Source: Eledone cirrhosa
Lineage: Eukaryota
Assembly: GCA_964016885.1 (NCBI GenBank)
Contig: OZ024743.1
Location: 285,076,001-285,140,000 of the forward strand
Reading direction: 5' to 3'
Length of the DNA stretch: 64,000 nt
The notes below the pieces were generated by a model, which saw only the letters and a list, made by a program, of their open reading frames with translations, did no database searches and was not told the DNA's origin. The translations under genes and the position numbers were made by a program. Of the stretch, positions 12,363 to 24,814 are shown piece after piece (positions within the stretch are counted from its first letter, which is position 1; every line of letters begins with the position of its first letter).

Positions 12363-14446
12363 GTAAAACTTCTTGACTTCCAATTATTGTTGTTGTCATT
12401 GTTGTCACCGCCACCAGTGGTGATGGTGGTGGTGATGCTGTTGTTGTTGTCATTGAAAATATTGTGTGTCTCTCTTTCTCTTACTTTTGTAACCCACTGA
12501 GCTTGTGCTTAAATTGTGTTTCTGTGACTGTTGTTGATGATAGATGAATCCATCATAGGTAACTTTACCTGCACAGAGAATTGAACACAGCATTGTAAAC
12601 TAAGAAATCACTTGTCACTGCTACTGTTTACAGCAGGGAATTATACCATCCTACAGTAGAAACTATCTTGGTCTCAGATACAACAGAGTACTACTGTACG
12701 GATATGAAATACTAGTCAATTGATACTCTATTATCTGTCATTTACACTTCCCACTCCCTACTTCAGTACCTGAAGTTTTTCTAAGATAATATCTAAGTTA
12801 ACATATACACCACATAATAAGAAACAGATGGTCCATTAACATGAGACCTATGTACAACATATAATCTTCATGGTGTTTAACTTTTGAAGCTAAAGTCTAC
12901 TGGGTAATCAGACTATTGATTTTGGTTGTAAACTATCTACTTTTTTAGGTACTCACTTAAGTGTTGTAACAAAATATCTAAGTAGATATGATATTGAAAT
13001 AACAGTTCTAAGATATTCATTTCAATCTTACTGGAGTTGTTTCATTGTGTATTTAGACTATATGCTACTATATGCCTCACTTCACCTAGCTCTCAAGAAT
13101 TAGTACCAACCAGATTATCTTGGAATGTTAGCTGACATTAACCAGTATGTCTCTTGCTCTCATCTTCCACACCCATACACATTTACATACATAAGGCTCT
13201 TCTGTAATCTCATGCATTCACACCGTAGTCTAATGCACATACACACTGCTTGTAAATTACATACATCATCATCAGCACCATCATTTAATGTCTATTTTCC
13301 ATGTTTGCCTGGATTAAAAAGGATCTCATATTCTGAGGCTACACCAGTCTGATGACCACACCTTGCTCATCCATTCCATTTTTAGAACGGTTACTATGGT
13401 TGGATGCTTTTCCTAGGTTGGATGCATTTCCTAATGCTAACCACTTTGTGGAGTGTACTGGGTACATTATCATGACACCACACTACCACCTTACAGGATG
13501 ACATAGGTGATTTTTATTGGGGCACAGCATAACCACTTTAAAGAGTTGGGTGTATTTTATCATGGCATTCACACCACCCTATTACAACACTAGAGCACTC
13601 ATGTCCTCAGCCTGCCTGGGAAGGTGGTGATGGGAGTAAGAGTGTAAGATGTGAGGGGGTGGTAAGCTACAGTTTACTTGCCAAAGAAGGGGATCATCCC
13701 ACAGTGGGAGTTGGGTAGGTTGAGTAAGTGTCACGAGACCGAGGTGGCCATGAAAAGAGTGAATGACGTTTGGCAGCATATTGTGGGCTGTGAGTTGGGA
13801 AAGACTATGATGGGGGGACTTAGATAGTGATGGTAGGTTAAGATGAGGAAAGGTGGGCAAGGGAATTGGGTAGGGTTAGGGAGCTTATTGGCAAATGAGG
13901 ACCAAAATATTGTTACACCTCTCTGCTTTTTCACTACCATCCCCTTCATGATTGTTTCATGTATTATCATCATCATCATCATCATCATCGTTTAACGTCC
14001 ATCTTCCACGCTTGCATGGGTTTGGACGGACATATATATATATATATATACACCACAAACATCAATGTAATTTACTTATTAAATTTTAAATCAACCTTTC
14101 TTTTGCTTATCAATTTTTATATTCTATTACAATACACACTTTTAGACACTATCAAAACTTAATGTCCTCTACTGTATGAAACCACATTAGCAAGACATTC
14201 TTCAAAAGTACAAATCCACACTATGATTGCATTACATTATAAATTGGAGCTTTACTTTAATTCTACAAATTTTCACAACAATCTATCCACTAGCAAAGAT
14301 AATATAAACATTTGAATAACAAAACTTGTTTTTAGATATTTTCTGCTAGATCAATACAGAATGTTAAGAGCTAATCTAATATATTCCTACAGGACAGTTA
14401 AACTAAATACAATTTTATTAAATACTAATCCATTTTCTTTTACCAG

Positions 14447-14541
14447 TATTCACCAAGACGCTCAGTGATCATCACGGTTTAACTGAAACTGCCCTTATCT
14501 CTAAAGAGCAGCTCCAGGAGACAATGATAAACTTATTAAAG
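14447..14541 (+). CDS. DCP1: DCP1 penultimate exon (VFTKTLSDHHGLTETALISKEQLQETMINLLK)
   Basis: tactaat branch point, ttttcttttaccag acceptor, AAG|GTATAG donor, phase 1 to 0; first half of the DCP1 C-terminal trimerisation domain (cf. human QLQDTLIHLIK). Confidence 0.88.
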
Positions 14542-15725
14542 GTATAGAACTCTTTAGTAAATTGTTTACATGGGTCACCCTTCTTTGTGATATTCTATAT
14601 TTAATAAAGGTATATATAAAGGCATATACAATGTTTATTATATGTAAACATATTGTATATGCCTTTGTATACACTTCTATTCTGAATCACACTATGTTAG
14701 TGCTACTGGTAATTCTATATCTAGTAAAGAGAAAGAATATAACTAATATAGATATCATATATATTTTCTAAAGAACAATAAATTATCATCTATTTTTGTT
14801 GCTGTTATTGTTGTTGTTGTTGTGGCTTAGTCATAGGAGAAAGGGCAGTTTTCATGATCTTTTCAAGTTCCCAAAGATTGGTGGGGGAAAAGGAATAGAA
14901 ACCAAAACTTATCATGTACAGTCCATTTCAGGCTTCTGCATAGTTTCTGTCTCCCAAATTTTACTTACAAGGCTTGTGATTGAACCCAGAACCTTGTGAC
15001 TGTGATGCAAATTTCTTAATCACATGACAATGCTTGTAAGAAAGTAAAAACATTTATACAGTATATACTTATTCAGTGAACATGATATTTTCACTTCTTC
15101 CTCCTATAGATATTGCTTCTTTTATTTTTTTTTACTTTGCCATGTAGATATAAAGCCATTTATTTTGGACTTATTGGCAAGGCACATTACTTTAATTCCT
15201 TTATTCTTGCAGTTATTTTTTGCTTTACCATTTCCAATCAAATTTTCTCTGCTAACATGGAATTCTGACATTTACATATTGTTGGAATAATTGCTTTTAT
15301 AGCTGGTTGCTTTTCTATCAATAGCCACTCAACTGTGGAGTGTGAGTGGAACATGTCAATCGGGCAAACTGAGATCTCCAGAACAATACATCTTACCAAA
15401 TAGTGCAACATGTAAATCATTCAAAGCAGTACCATAGCAGTACTATAGCACGGCAGCGGCTGACTGGATGGCTAGCTGGATGATTGGCTGGATGGCTGGC
15501 GGTCATAGGCAAAATAGTAATCACTCTCTATTTCATTGCATTTAAAGAAAAAGCATATTGCTTGAATAGTACATATATAGATATTAAAATTTACAGAATC
15601 AATTCTACCTATTCTAAAATGGCAAAAAAAGAACAATATCAAATATTTAAAAGAAATAAAATATAAATTAGCTTCATTTTTTGTATAAATCAAAAGCTAA
15701 TTTCTTTTTTCTTTTCTATTCACAG

Positions 15726-15806
15726 AATGACTCTAACTTTCTCAATAAAATACACCAAGCTTATCTACTAAGTCTGAAAATGGAATTATCAAGCCCACGA
15801 ACATAA
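15726..15806 (+). CDS. DCP1: DCP1 last coding exon (NDSNFLNKIHQAYLLSLKMELSSPRT*)
   Basis: Long polypyrimidine tract ending cacag; continues the trimerisation domain (cf. human NDSSFLSTLHEVYL); TAA stop. Confidence 0.9.
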   Translation, partial: NDSNFLNKIHQAYLLSLKMELSSPRT

Positions 15807-15935
15807 GATATATAAATTCTTGTACAGTTCAATGTCTTTCAAGTTGCTAATTTCCCTATCAGCTAAAAACATTGCTAAACTGACCAAAAAATCTTTGGAA
15901 GCCCATCATTGTCTCATTTTCCTTTACCACTTTGG

Positions 15936-15941
15936 AATAAA
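15936..15941 (+). terminator. Possible DCP1 poly(A) signal
   Basis: First AATAAA about 130 nt after the stop codon. Confidence 0.35.
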
Positions 15942-16939
15942 GCACCAACAGCTGCCTAGATATTTTATATTGAATATACCTTGTTTTGTTGGTGTAAAGT
16001 TTGAACAGTCTATTGATAGAGATAATGTTGATAATCTTATACTAATATTGATAATTTTGGTGATAAACCTCTCTGGATAATCACAGTGTAAATGGGGAAC
16101 TTTTATTGATATAGGAAATTTCTAAGTGATAGTATTTTATTGATATTGACAATTATCTGTTAATAATTACAAAGTTGCAATGATATTCATTCCAAGATAA
16201 TCTGACATTGATAATCATCTGTTTATTATGATGATATTACACTGACAGTCTCCTTATAATAGAAGTAATCTTATAGTGACAAATATTTCTACTGATAGTG
16301 ATACATTTTTTAATAATAATTTTCATCAACAAGAATAATCTTATAATGATAATGTTCTAGTAATGATTGTAATCTGACAGTGATCATTTCCAATTGAAGT
16401 TCTTTACAATATATTTCTCACCACTGAGGACCCCTCAGTCATGACAAGGACATGACAGCCTCCTTAGTGTTGAGAGTCTACATGATAAACACACCCAGTA
16501 CACATAAAGTGGTTGGTGATAGAAAGGGCATCCAGTCATAGAAAGCTTGTCAAAGAAAGGATCAGGAGGAACTTTCAGTCATGTCAAGGACATGGCAGCC
16601 TCCCTAGTGTTGGTAATCTACACAATAAACGCACCCAGTACATACTGTAAAATGGTTGAGTTTTGGAAGAGCATCCAGCTGTAGCCAGCTTGCCAATCAA
16701 AGGGTTGGGAGGACCCTAAATTGTGTCAAAGACATGCTAACCTCTCCAGTGCACTCTGTAGAATGTGTAACCATACTTAAGTGAGATGCAGATCCCTGGC
16801 CTGTCTGGGAGATCAATGGCCCCACTTCAGTACTGACTTGGTCTGTTCAACCCTTGCTAGACAGGAAATCAGATGTTAAAATGATGATAATAATGACTGT
16901 CACCACCAGTCCCCACCAGGATATCCAGCCAACACCAAA

Positions 16940-17165
16940 AGAGCAAAAGATGAACAAATGCCAGGCATTAATGAACAGACACCATTTCATGTTGATTGCC
17001 TTTGAAACCTCCCATGTTCTCAGTCCCTGAACTGCCATTTTTCTCTGCCAAATTGGGATGAGAGCATTATGCCTTAAAATGGAACCCCATGAGGTAAAAT
17101 GGTTGATACAGTGGGTATTACTTGCTGTTCTTTGCAGCAATGCTTTTGCTATCTTGTCCCACAGA
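16940..17165 (+). mobile_element. Decayed CRE-clade RLE retrotransposon 3' end; a similar relic lies at ~41350-41470
   Basis: HFMLIAFETSHVLSP..FLCQIG..WLIQWVLLAVLCSNAFAIL resembles the FxPxAxETxG...QRxSxAxQRGNA end of CRE elements. Confidence 0.5.
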
Positions 17166-17495
17166 GTATAGATGAGATATGCTGTCCAGCCAAGGGAGTA
17201 GTGGTAGTGTCCCCCAACCCACCTAAATCAGGTTTTTTTTCTTTTTTTTATCTTACCTTAAATTGTGCTCGATGGATTTTATTTTGAAACTATACAATAG
17301 AATCCAACATAATGCCATATTTGAAAGACAAAGAATGGTTGTTAAATTTGTTTTTAGTTGGTTCTTACATAAAACATATTTATTTATGAGATGCTGCAGT
17401 GATAATATACTACAGATGATTTATTAGTTAAAGACTGCTATCTTATGCTGTATTTCTGTTGGGATAAAGTAATGTTCCAAGTGATTTATGATGCA

Positions 17496-17539
<44 letters not shown>

Positions 17540-17622
17540 ATAATAATAAATTTGAAGACTAAAATCCAAAGAAGGCTCAATAAGGATAAATATATATCAA
17601 ATATATAGGAACCGTAGAGCAA

Positions 17623-17775
17623 ATATTTATTAAAATAACAGATTAAAGTTTAAGCAAAGAATCGCTGCTTTCACCCTTAACGGGATCTTCTGAAACTCAG
17701 AGTTTCAGAAGATCCTGTTAAGGGTGAAAGCAGTGATTCTTTGCTTAAACTTTAATCTGTTATTTTAATAAATAT
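17623..17775. repeat. Near-perfect 153-bp palindrome inside (TA)n; each arm carries a hammerhead-like fold; probable Penelope-like remnant
   Basis: Arms 17623-17698 and 17700-17775 with a 1-nt spacer and 2 mismatches; a single arm recurs at 25355-25441. Confidence 0.9.
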
Positions 17776-17778
17776 ATA

Positions 17779-17814
<36 letters not shown>

Positions 17815-17841
17815 TGTATGTATGTATGTATGTATGTTTAT

Positions 17842-18436
17842 GTCAGGTCACCACTTGGTGCTACTGGTAACATGTATCCCAGTACAACCTGTCTCATGGT
17901 CGGCTAAACTGGCAACCCCACTAAGGTTTCTTGGTGAGGAGGGTGACTTTGGACATCCTACAGGACTAAAAACAAACCTGTCAAAGGGCAGAGGAGCTCT
18001 TAAGAGTCAATGGCCATCCAAAATCACTGGGAGAGATGACCCCTTAGCCTTTGTCAAGGCAGAATTCTAGGAGAAGGAAAACTCTGATATAACACCTGCA
18101 ACCCTGATGGTATCCAATGATGTTGACTTGTTCTTCTTTTTGGGAAATATCATCTTGGTTAAGAGAGTGGGACTGGCTTTGTGCAGTGCCTTTGCTCACT
18201 ATAAAAGCTTCACGGCACAGGCATTGCTTTGTATCTGGAGATCTCTCTGCACTTGTCATCACATGGTACCATGTACACTATGTGTCAATAATTGTCACAA
18301 GTGTAGTGTTTGTGCCAGAGTTTTCAAGTCGCTGGCTGGACTAAAAAGTCACACTCGTTCAGCGCATTGGTAGGGGTTCTCCTACATGGATATAAAGTAG
18401 TGGCCATACTCGAAAACGAGTTGGCAGCCACCATTT
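17842..18436 (+). mobile_element. Internally deleted RTE-derived non-autonomous element (5' UTR joined to 3' end)
   Basis: RTE-like 5' UTR motif CTAGGAGAAGGAAAACTCTGA; C-terminal C2H2 finger CSVCARVFKSLAGLKSHTRSAH*; 3' UTR CTCGAAAACGAG hairpin. Confidence 0.6.
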
Positions 18437-18784
18437 ATCATCATCATCATCATCATCATCATTTTACGTCCGCTTTTCCCTGCTTGCAAGGGTGGGACGG
18501 GAACTGATTCTGGCTTGATTTCTACAGCTGGATGCCCTTCCTAACACCAACCTCATTTACAGTGAGTGCTGGGTGCTTTTTTTCCGTGGCACCTCCACGA
18601 CCACTTTACAGTGGAATGATAGGGACCCCAGTCCCTATCATCTCATTTCTACAGCTGAGTAAACTGCAGCAATGTGAAATAAAGTGTATTGCTCAAGGAA
18701 ACAACACATCACCCGGTCTGAGAATTGAACTCACAACCTTTTGATTGCAAGGCCAATGCTCTAACCACTAAGCCATGTGCCTCC
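18437..18784 (-). mobile_element. tRNA-derived CORE-type SINE with RTE-like 3' tail and (GAT)n end; relics at ~14900-15035, 26110-26260 and 59330-59720
   Basis: TGGCTTAGTGGTTAGAGC (A box), GAGTTCAATTC (B box), CORE-like TCCTTGAGCAATACACTTTATTTCAC; tail shared with the RTE at 20351. Confidence 0.75.
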
Positions 18785-18845
18785 ATTGTATGTATGTATG
18801 TATGTATGTATGTATGTATGTATGTATGTATGTATGTATGTATGT

Positions 18846-20259
18846 TATCTCTTTCTCTTAATTTTGAGTATATTTTTTTTGGACCGACCACCTTCCTGGT
18901 GGCAAGGTTGTAATAGAAAAGAAATTGTCATCCCTTGAATCGCAAGAATGTTTTGCAAATTTTGAAGGTGCCAGCTATCACAGCCATTTGTAGACTATGA
19001 ATTAGGGAGCTGGGCTTTTTGTCCGCAAATCCAAGTTCAGTCATAATTTGGTCCAAGCGGGTTGGTATATAACCCGTAGCTCCAATAATGATGGGTATGA
19101 AGCTAAAGGTTTATCTTGGATACTGGATTTGTAAACTCCTCATCAATGGTCCATAGATGTCCTCCTTCTCTTGTATTTTTCTGACAACGTTTACATCAAG
19201 TGGGCAGCTGATCTCCACAACAGAACACGTTTTCAATGTGTGGTCCCAAACAACAATATCAGGCCGGTTGTGCTTTAATTTGGTGGCAGTTTTTATTTTC
19301 AGGTTCCACCAGTATTCCTTAGTGCCATCTGTCTCAATATATTTTTCCTCGTTTGTTGTTAATTTTGTTTTCCGAAGTGTGTTTCAGATGGTTCTAGCTA
19401 TCCCATCGTGTCTCATGGGGAGGTAGTAGCGAGATGACATTCTTTCGCAGCTGGCAACAATGTGGCTTACATCCTCGATCTTTGTTTTACATAGCCTACA
19501 TTTATTGTCAGCTGCTGGCCCTCCTCTTTTGTGCAGCAGATATTTGGTAGGGAGTTCTTGTTCCTGTATTGCATAGAGATATCCCTCAAGGTGTGATGTC
19601 ATAAACTTGTCGGAACTCCATGCCAGGCTTTTTGAGTGGTTTATCCCCTCTATGGTCTGTATTTTACGTCTCAAGTATCCATGCACAACTTTTTCTGTAA
19701 ATTGGTCAATTTTTTTATCTTGTTTGAACATTGAATAGGATCTTCCGATTTCTCTGGGTGAGAGATTTATATCAGGCTTTATTCCATATCTCTCCTCCAG
19801 ATCAGTCGCTATTCTAATGATATTTTTTTTTTCATGCTCATAAACCTGGGCAAGATGGTTGCCAACCTTTTTCCTCTGTTGAAGGTGTTGCTTCAGTGTT
19901 ACTATCCGGGTCTCATATGTTGTTAATATTGATTTTAGACCCCGGCCACCTTCCTTGCGTGAGAAGTATAGCCTATCCACATCACCAGTGATGTTAAAGT
20001 TCCCAGTAACACTGAGAAGTTTTCGAGTTCTAACATCCATCTCACTTAGTTCTTGCAATGACCAGTTCAGCAGGCCAAATGTTGGTGTTAGAATTGGCAC
20101 AGCATAAGTATTGTGGGCAATGTATTTGTTGTATACTGACAGTTCTGATGACCATATTTTCTTTACTCTTCTGAGGTATTCAGTTCTGGTTCTCTCCTTA
20201 TTTATGGGTCCATCATATCTGACATTCTCATCCTGTCCAAGATATCTGTAGTTGTCACC
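18846..20259 (-). mobile_element. 5'-truncated R4/Dong-type RLE retrotransposon, family 2, flanked by (TATG)n on both sides
   Basis: DVDRLYFSRKEGGRGL, CRLCKTKIEDVSHIVASC, RHD, HNRPDIVVWD..VEISCP; (TATG)n at 18788-18844 and from 20260. Confidence 0.88.
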
Positions 20260-20350
20260 TGTATGTATGTATGTGTGTATGTATGTATGTATGTATGTAT
20301 GTATGTATGTATGTATGTATGTACGTAGGTATGTATGTGTGTATGTATAT

Positions 20351-21831
20351 CATCATCATTCATCATCATCATCGTTTAACGTCCTTGTTCCACGCTTGCA
20401 TGGGTTTGGACGGGAGTTTTCTCACTTGAGGCAAGAATGGTTGTCTTGCTCGCATAGAACTGTCTGGCGGGTTTTCTACAGCTGGATGCCCTTCCTAACA
20501 CCAACCACATTTACAGTGTGGAGCTGGGAGGTTTTTACCGTGTTGCCTACACGGCCACATTACAGCATGGACTGTGTGTTTTTTTGTCGTGACACCTACA
20601 CGATCTCATTTGTTTCGGCCTGGATGTTGTGGCACCAACATAACTTTACATTGAAAGGGGCGGTGTGGATGGGGTGGGGGTGTATTTTGTTAGAGATGCC
20701 TACTGACTGTAGTAGGTTTTACTTTGTAAGGCGAGTCTTCTCTATTACTGAGTACCGTCAAAGATCTCGGTCCAGTGACATTGTCTTGGAGAGATGTAAG
20801 TGTGTGAGGTCGGAATTTATCAGGTCGTCCCAGGTTTTTCTGGGTCTGCCTACTCCGTGGCTACCGTCTATCTTTATTGCCCTGCACTTTTTTATACAGC
20901 TGTCGTCTTTCATGCGCATCACGTGACCATACCAACGTAGCCTTCTCTCGAGTAAACAACATCTGATCCCTCTTATTTCTAATTTTTCCCTTAGTTCGTT
21001 TATGCTTTGCCGTTCACGTATATTACTATTACACATCCAGCGGAGCATGCAAGCTTCATTCCTCTCTAGTCTGCGTATATCCTCTGCACACAATGCCCAG
21101 GTCTCACTGCCATGCAACATTGCTGTTCGTATGCAGGCATCATACAACCTGCCTTTCATTTTTAGGGAGAACCCTTTAGCGGCTAATAGTGGTATAAGCT
21201 CTCTGAACTTTTTCCATCCAGTTCTGACTCTAGCTACTGTACTTTCAGAGCACCCTCCCCCACTGCTGATTTTGTCACCCAGGTAACGGAAGCTGTCCAC
21301 TATTTCTATAGAACCCTCTGCGCAATTGAAAGAGCTAGTATTTTGTGGGCACTTGCTGCTACTTATTGCACCAGAGCACCGGCCACATGTAAAATCTATG
21401 TTCTTAGTTAGCTTACCTGTGATCCCACTACATCTTTTATGCACCCATACTTTGCATTTGGGACATAAAATGAAGTTTCTACCTACACCTTTCCTACACA
21501 CTGAGCATGGCCATTTCCCGGAAGGGACCGGCGCCTTATTTTCTTTCCTACAAACTAGAACTTTAGTCTTAGCCAGGTTAATTTTAAGGCCTTTTGATTC
21601 TAGGCCGTGCTTCCATGTTTGGAATTTCTTCTCTAGCTCGACCATTGATTCAGCTATGAGCGTTAGATCGTCTGCGTATAGGAGTTCCCATGGGCAGCCG
21701 GTCTTGAACTCCACTGTTATAGCCTGAAGGGCAATAATAAATAGTAGGGGGCTAAGAACAGAGCCCTGATGAACACCAACTTTTACGCTAAACTCTTCAC
21801 TATATTCGTTGTTAATTCTGACCTTGCTGAC
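20351..21831 (-). mobile_element. 5'-truncated RTE-clade LINE with a PHD-like finger inside the RT region
   Basis: GVHQGSVLSPLLF, LLYADD, FRYLGD, RRLRWYGHVMR, GRPRKTW; (GAT)n tail; ORF 20758-21714 open. Confidence 0.9.
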
Positions 21832-22009
21832 TATGTATGTATGTATATACTTGTTTTATAGGCTAAATAGTTAAATACACTAAACATGCCCTGAATGAAA
21901 GACTCAGTACTATTTCTAGTTTCTAAATAATATTTATTATTGATAGTGACTGGTTATTTCACAGTTTCACCAATACTGGCTTCTCAAAATATACATAGAA
22001 TTGTACATA

Positions 22010-23244
22010 CAAGGTGGTATGAAAAAGTTCCAGGACTATTTATGTTTAAAAAAAAATAATATATTTACCTAAGTTTTAACATCATCTCAATCGAAATAGT
22101 CACCTTGCACAACAATACACTGGTCTCAGCGTACCTGCCACTTTTGGAATCTGGCCTGGAAGTTGTTTTCTGTAAGTGAGTCAAGGACCTTTTGCGATTC
22201 ACTCTGGATCTTGGCAAAGGTGTTAAAATAGTGACCTTTGAGCTGCATTTTCACCTTGAAGAAGAGATGGAAGGTACTAAATCTGGCAAATAGGGTGGGT
22301 GTAAAAGTCATACAATGTTTTTGGTGAGAAACTCACAAGTGAGGAGAGCTCAGGGACAGGATTCATTGTCATCATGAAGAATCCAATTCTTCTGTGTTCC
22401 ACAGATCCATGCACTTTTGCCAAATGTCCTCCCTCAAATGCCTCAAGACGTTGCAACAGAACTCTCAATTGACAGTCTGGCCCTGGGGAATGAATTCTCG
22501 ATGCCCAATACTGCAAATGTCAAAAAAAACAATGAGCATGCTGTTTTGCCTTCTTGTTGACTGCTGCTTCAACTCAGGGTCGTACCTTAGACCCAACTCT
22601 TGTCACCAGAGATGATCCTTGACATGAAGGATGGGTCATCAGCAGCACACTGACAGATATCTTGACAGACTTCGATGCGATACTCTTTCTACTCAGTGGT
22701 CAGGAGGTAGGGGACAAACTTGGCAGCAACACACTACATGTTCAATTCAGATGTTAGGATTGCTTGTGCAGACCCATACGACAGACCAACGACATCAGCA
22801 ATATCGTTGATTGCTCTCTGACTATTCTCATGCACAAACTGATTAATTTTCTCCCCATTTCTGGGTGTGACACTCGTGGCAGGTCTTCCATATCAATCGT
22901 CATCTTCCAGGGGCATTCTTCCACTTTTGAAGTGCCTATTCCACTCGAAACATTGCGTATGACCCATTGCCTCATCTCTGTAGCAGACTTCCCAAGCTGA
23001 ACACATAATTTCATGTTGACTCTTTGCTCCAACATCCTGTTCATGACAAAATTGCAGGCTACAGGACACGTGATCACAAAAACTTAAATTTCACAACTTG
23101 AGAAGTAAACACAGCAATGTCACTCAACACACTGACGCATAAAGGTCACTGCTAGTTCTCACTGTGCACGCAACCATGTGTTGATGTATTGCCATCTGTT
23201 GGCATGCTACAGAACTAGTCTGGAAACTTTTTGATACCACCTCA
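22010..23244 (-). mobile_element. Full-length decayed mariner transposon
   Basis: ~28-bp TIRs (CAAGGTGGTATGAAAAAGTTCCAGGACTA / TAGTCTGGAAACTTTTTGATACCACCTCA) with TA target duplication; transposase remnants EQRVNMKLCVQLGKSATE and LFFKVKMQLKGHYF...FQKW. Confidence 0.9.
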
Positions 23245-23277
23245 TATATTCACTCAAACTCTTTTGCTCTCTCTCTC

Positions 23278-23538
<261 letters not shown>

Positions 23539-23667
23539 CAAAGTTTTATTTAAATTGTTGGGTTAACAACGAGTAAATATTTATAACTGATATAAAAGCA
23601 CTCAACAAGTATTTGGAGTATATTTACGATATTAAATAAATGGAAACTATATTTATAAAACCATATT

Positions 23668-23733
23668 TATTTCATTATATATATTTCAGGAATATCATAT
23701 TAAAAATATGTTATGCCTTCTTCAGACAAAATA
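23668..23733 (-). ncRNA. Type I minimal hammerhead ribozyme motif (Penelope-like)
   Basis: TATTTTGT-CTGAAGA-[AGG..CCT stem II]-GAA-ATATATAT-A-ATGAAATA; canonical core, and all three stems can pair. Confidence 0.65.
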
Positions 23734-23888
23734 CAATATAAACAGTCTTATAAATAGATAGATTCGACATACCTTTCAACTTCGACTTCTATTTGAAAAG
23801 TTGATTTGGTAGTGAAAAAATATTAGGGACAGTTATAAAAAGAAAGAAAGAAAAACGAAGAAAAAGAAGAAATGCATGCAACTAAATA

Positions 23889-24006
23889 GAGAGAGATAGA
23901 TATAGAGAGATAGATAGAGAGAAGAAATTCATGTAAAGAAACAGAGAGAGATATATAGAGAGAGGAAAAAAACACAGAGGGAGATAGATAGAGAGAGAGA
24001 GAGAAG

Positions 24007-24050
<44 letters not shown>

Positions 24051-24081
24051 AGAGAGATAGATATAGATAGAGATAGAGAGA
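23889..24081. repeat. (GA)n/(GATA)n low-complexity tract
   Basis: Read directly from the sequence. Confidence 0.9.
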
Positions 24082-24326
24082 AAGAAAATAGGTAGTTGGG
24101 CACCAGTTGAATGACGTATCAATGATATATTTATTTATTTATTTATTTATTTAGCTCTAGTATTAATGTAGAGAGAGATATATGTGGTTAAGAGAGAAAA
24201 CAGCCGTTACATAGAGAGAAAAGAAAAATATCCAGACATAAACGAGGCAGATTTAAAACACTATGTTTCATCAATGTAAAAAATATCAATTCGTATAAAA
24301 CAGGCATTATAATGTAAATATCAGTA

Positions 24327-24389
<63 letters not shown>

Positions 24390-24814
24390 GCAGAAGTTAT
24401 ATTTAATTTGTTGGGATTCAACAAGCTTTTTTTCACTATAACTCTGCATGCATATAATAATATTTTCTTTTTCTCTCTTCTTTCTCTTTTCTCTCTCTTT
24501 TTTTCTCTCTCTTCTTCCAACAGTATAATTTAAATAAACGGTTGTTTTTCAATTTTTTCAGACATTCATTTGCATACTCACACAGAACTTTGAATTACCC
24601 TCAATAAAAATTGTTTCCACTATCCAGCGAACCTTCAACCGCCAAGGTTGTTTTTCTACGGGTATGTCAACATTTATAAAACAAATTTTGTATTTTATCT
24701 GATGAAAGCGCACCAAAACTGCCTTGGTTGCCCTTGAAATATATATAATAAAATAATTATGGTTTTATAAATACAGTTTTCATTTATTAATATATTGTAT
24801 ATATATATATATAT

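Noticed and set aside
12241-12453. Minus-strand 70-aa ORF as an internal exon with a GTAAGT donor
   Set aside because: Not in frame with the acceptor at 12568, and the + strand reading fits DCP1 phases and motif.
18107-18373. C2H2 zinc-finger host gene
   Set aside because: A single finger at the end of an RTE-derived element, followed by an RTE-like 3' UTR.
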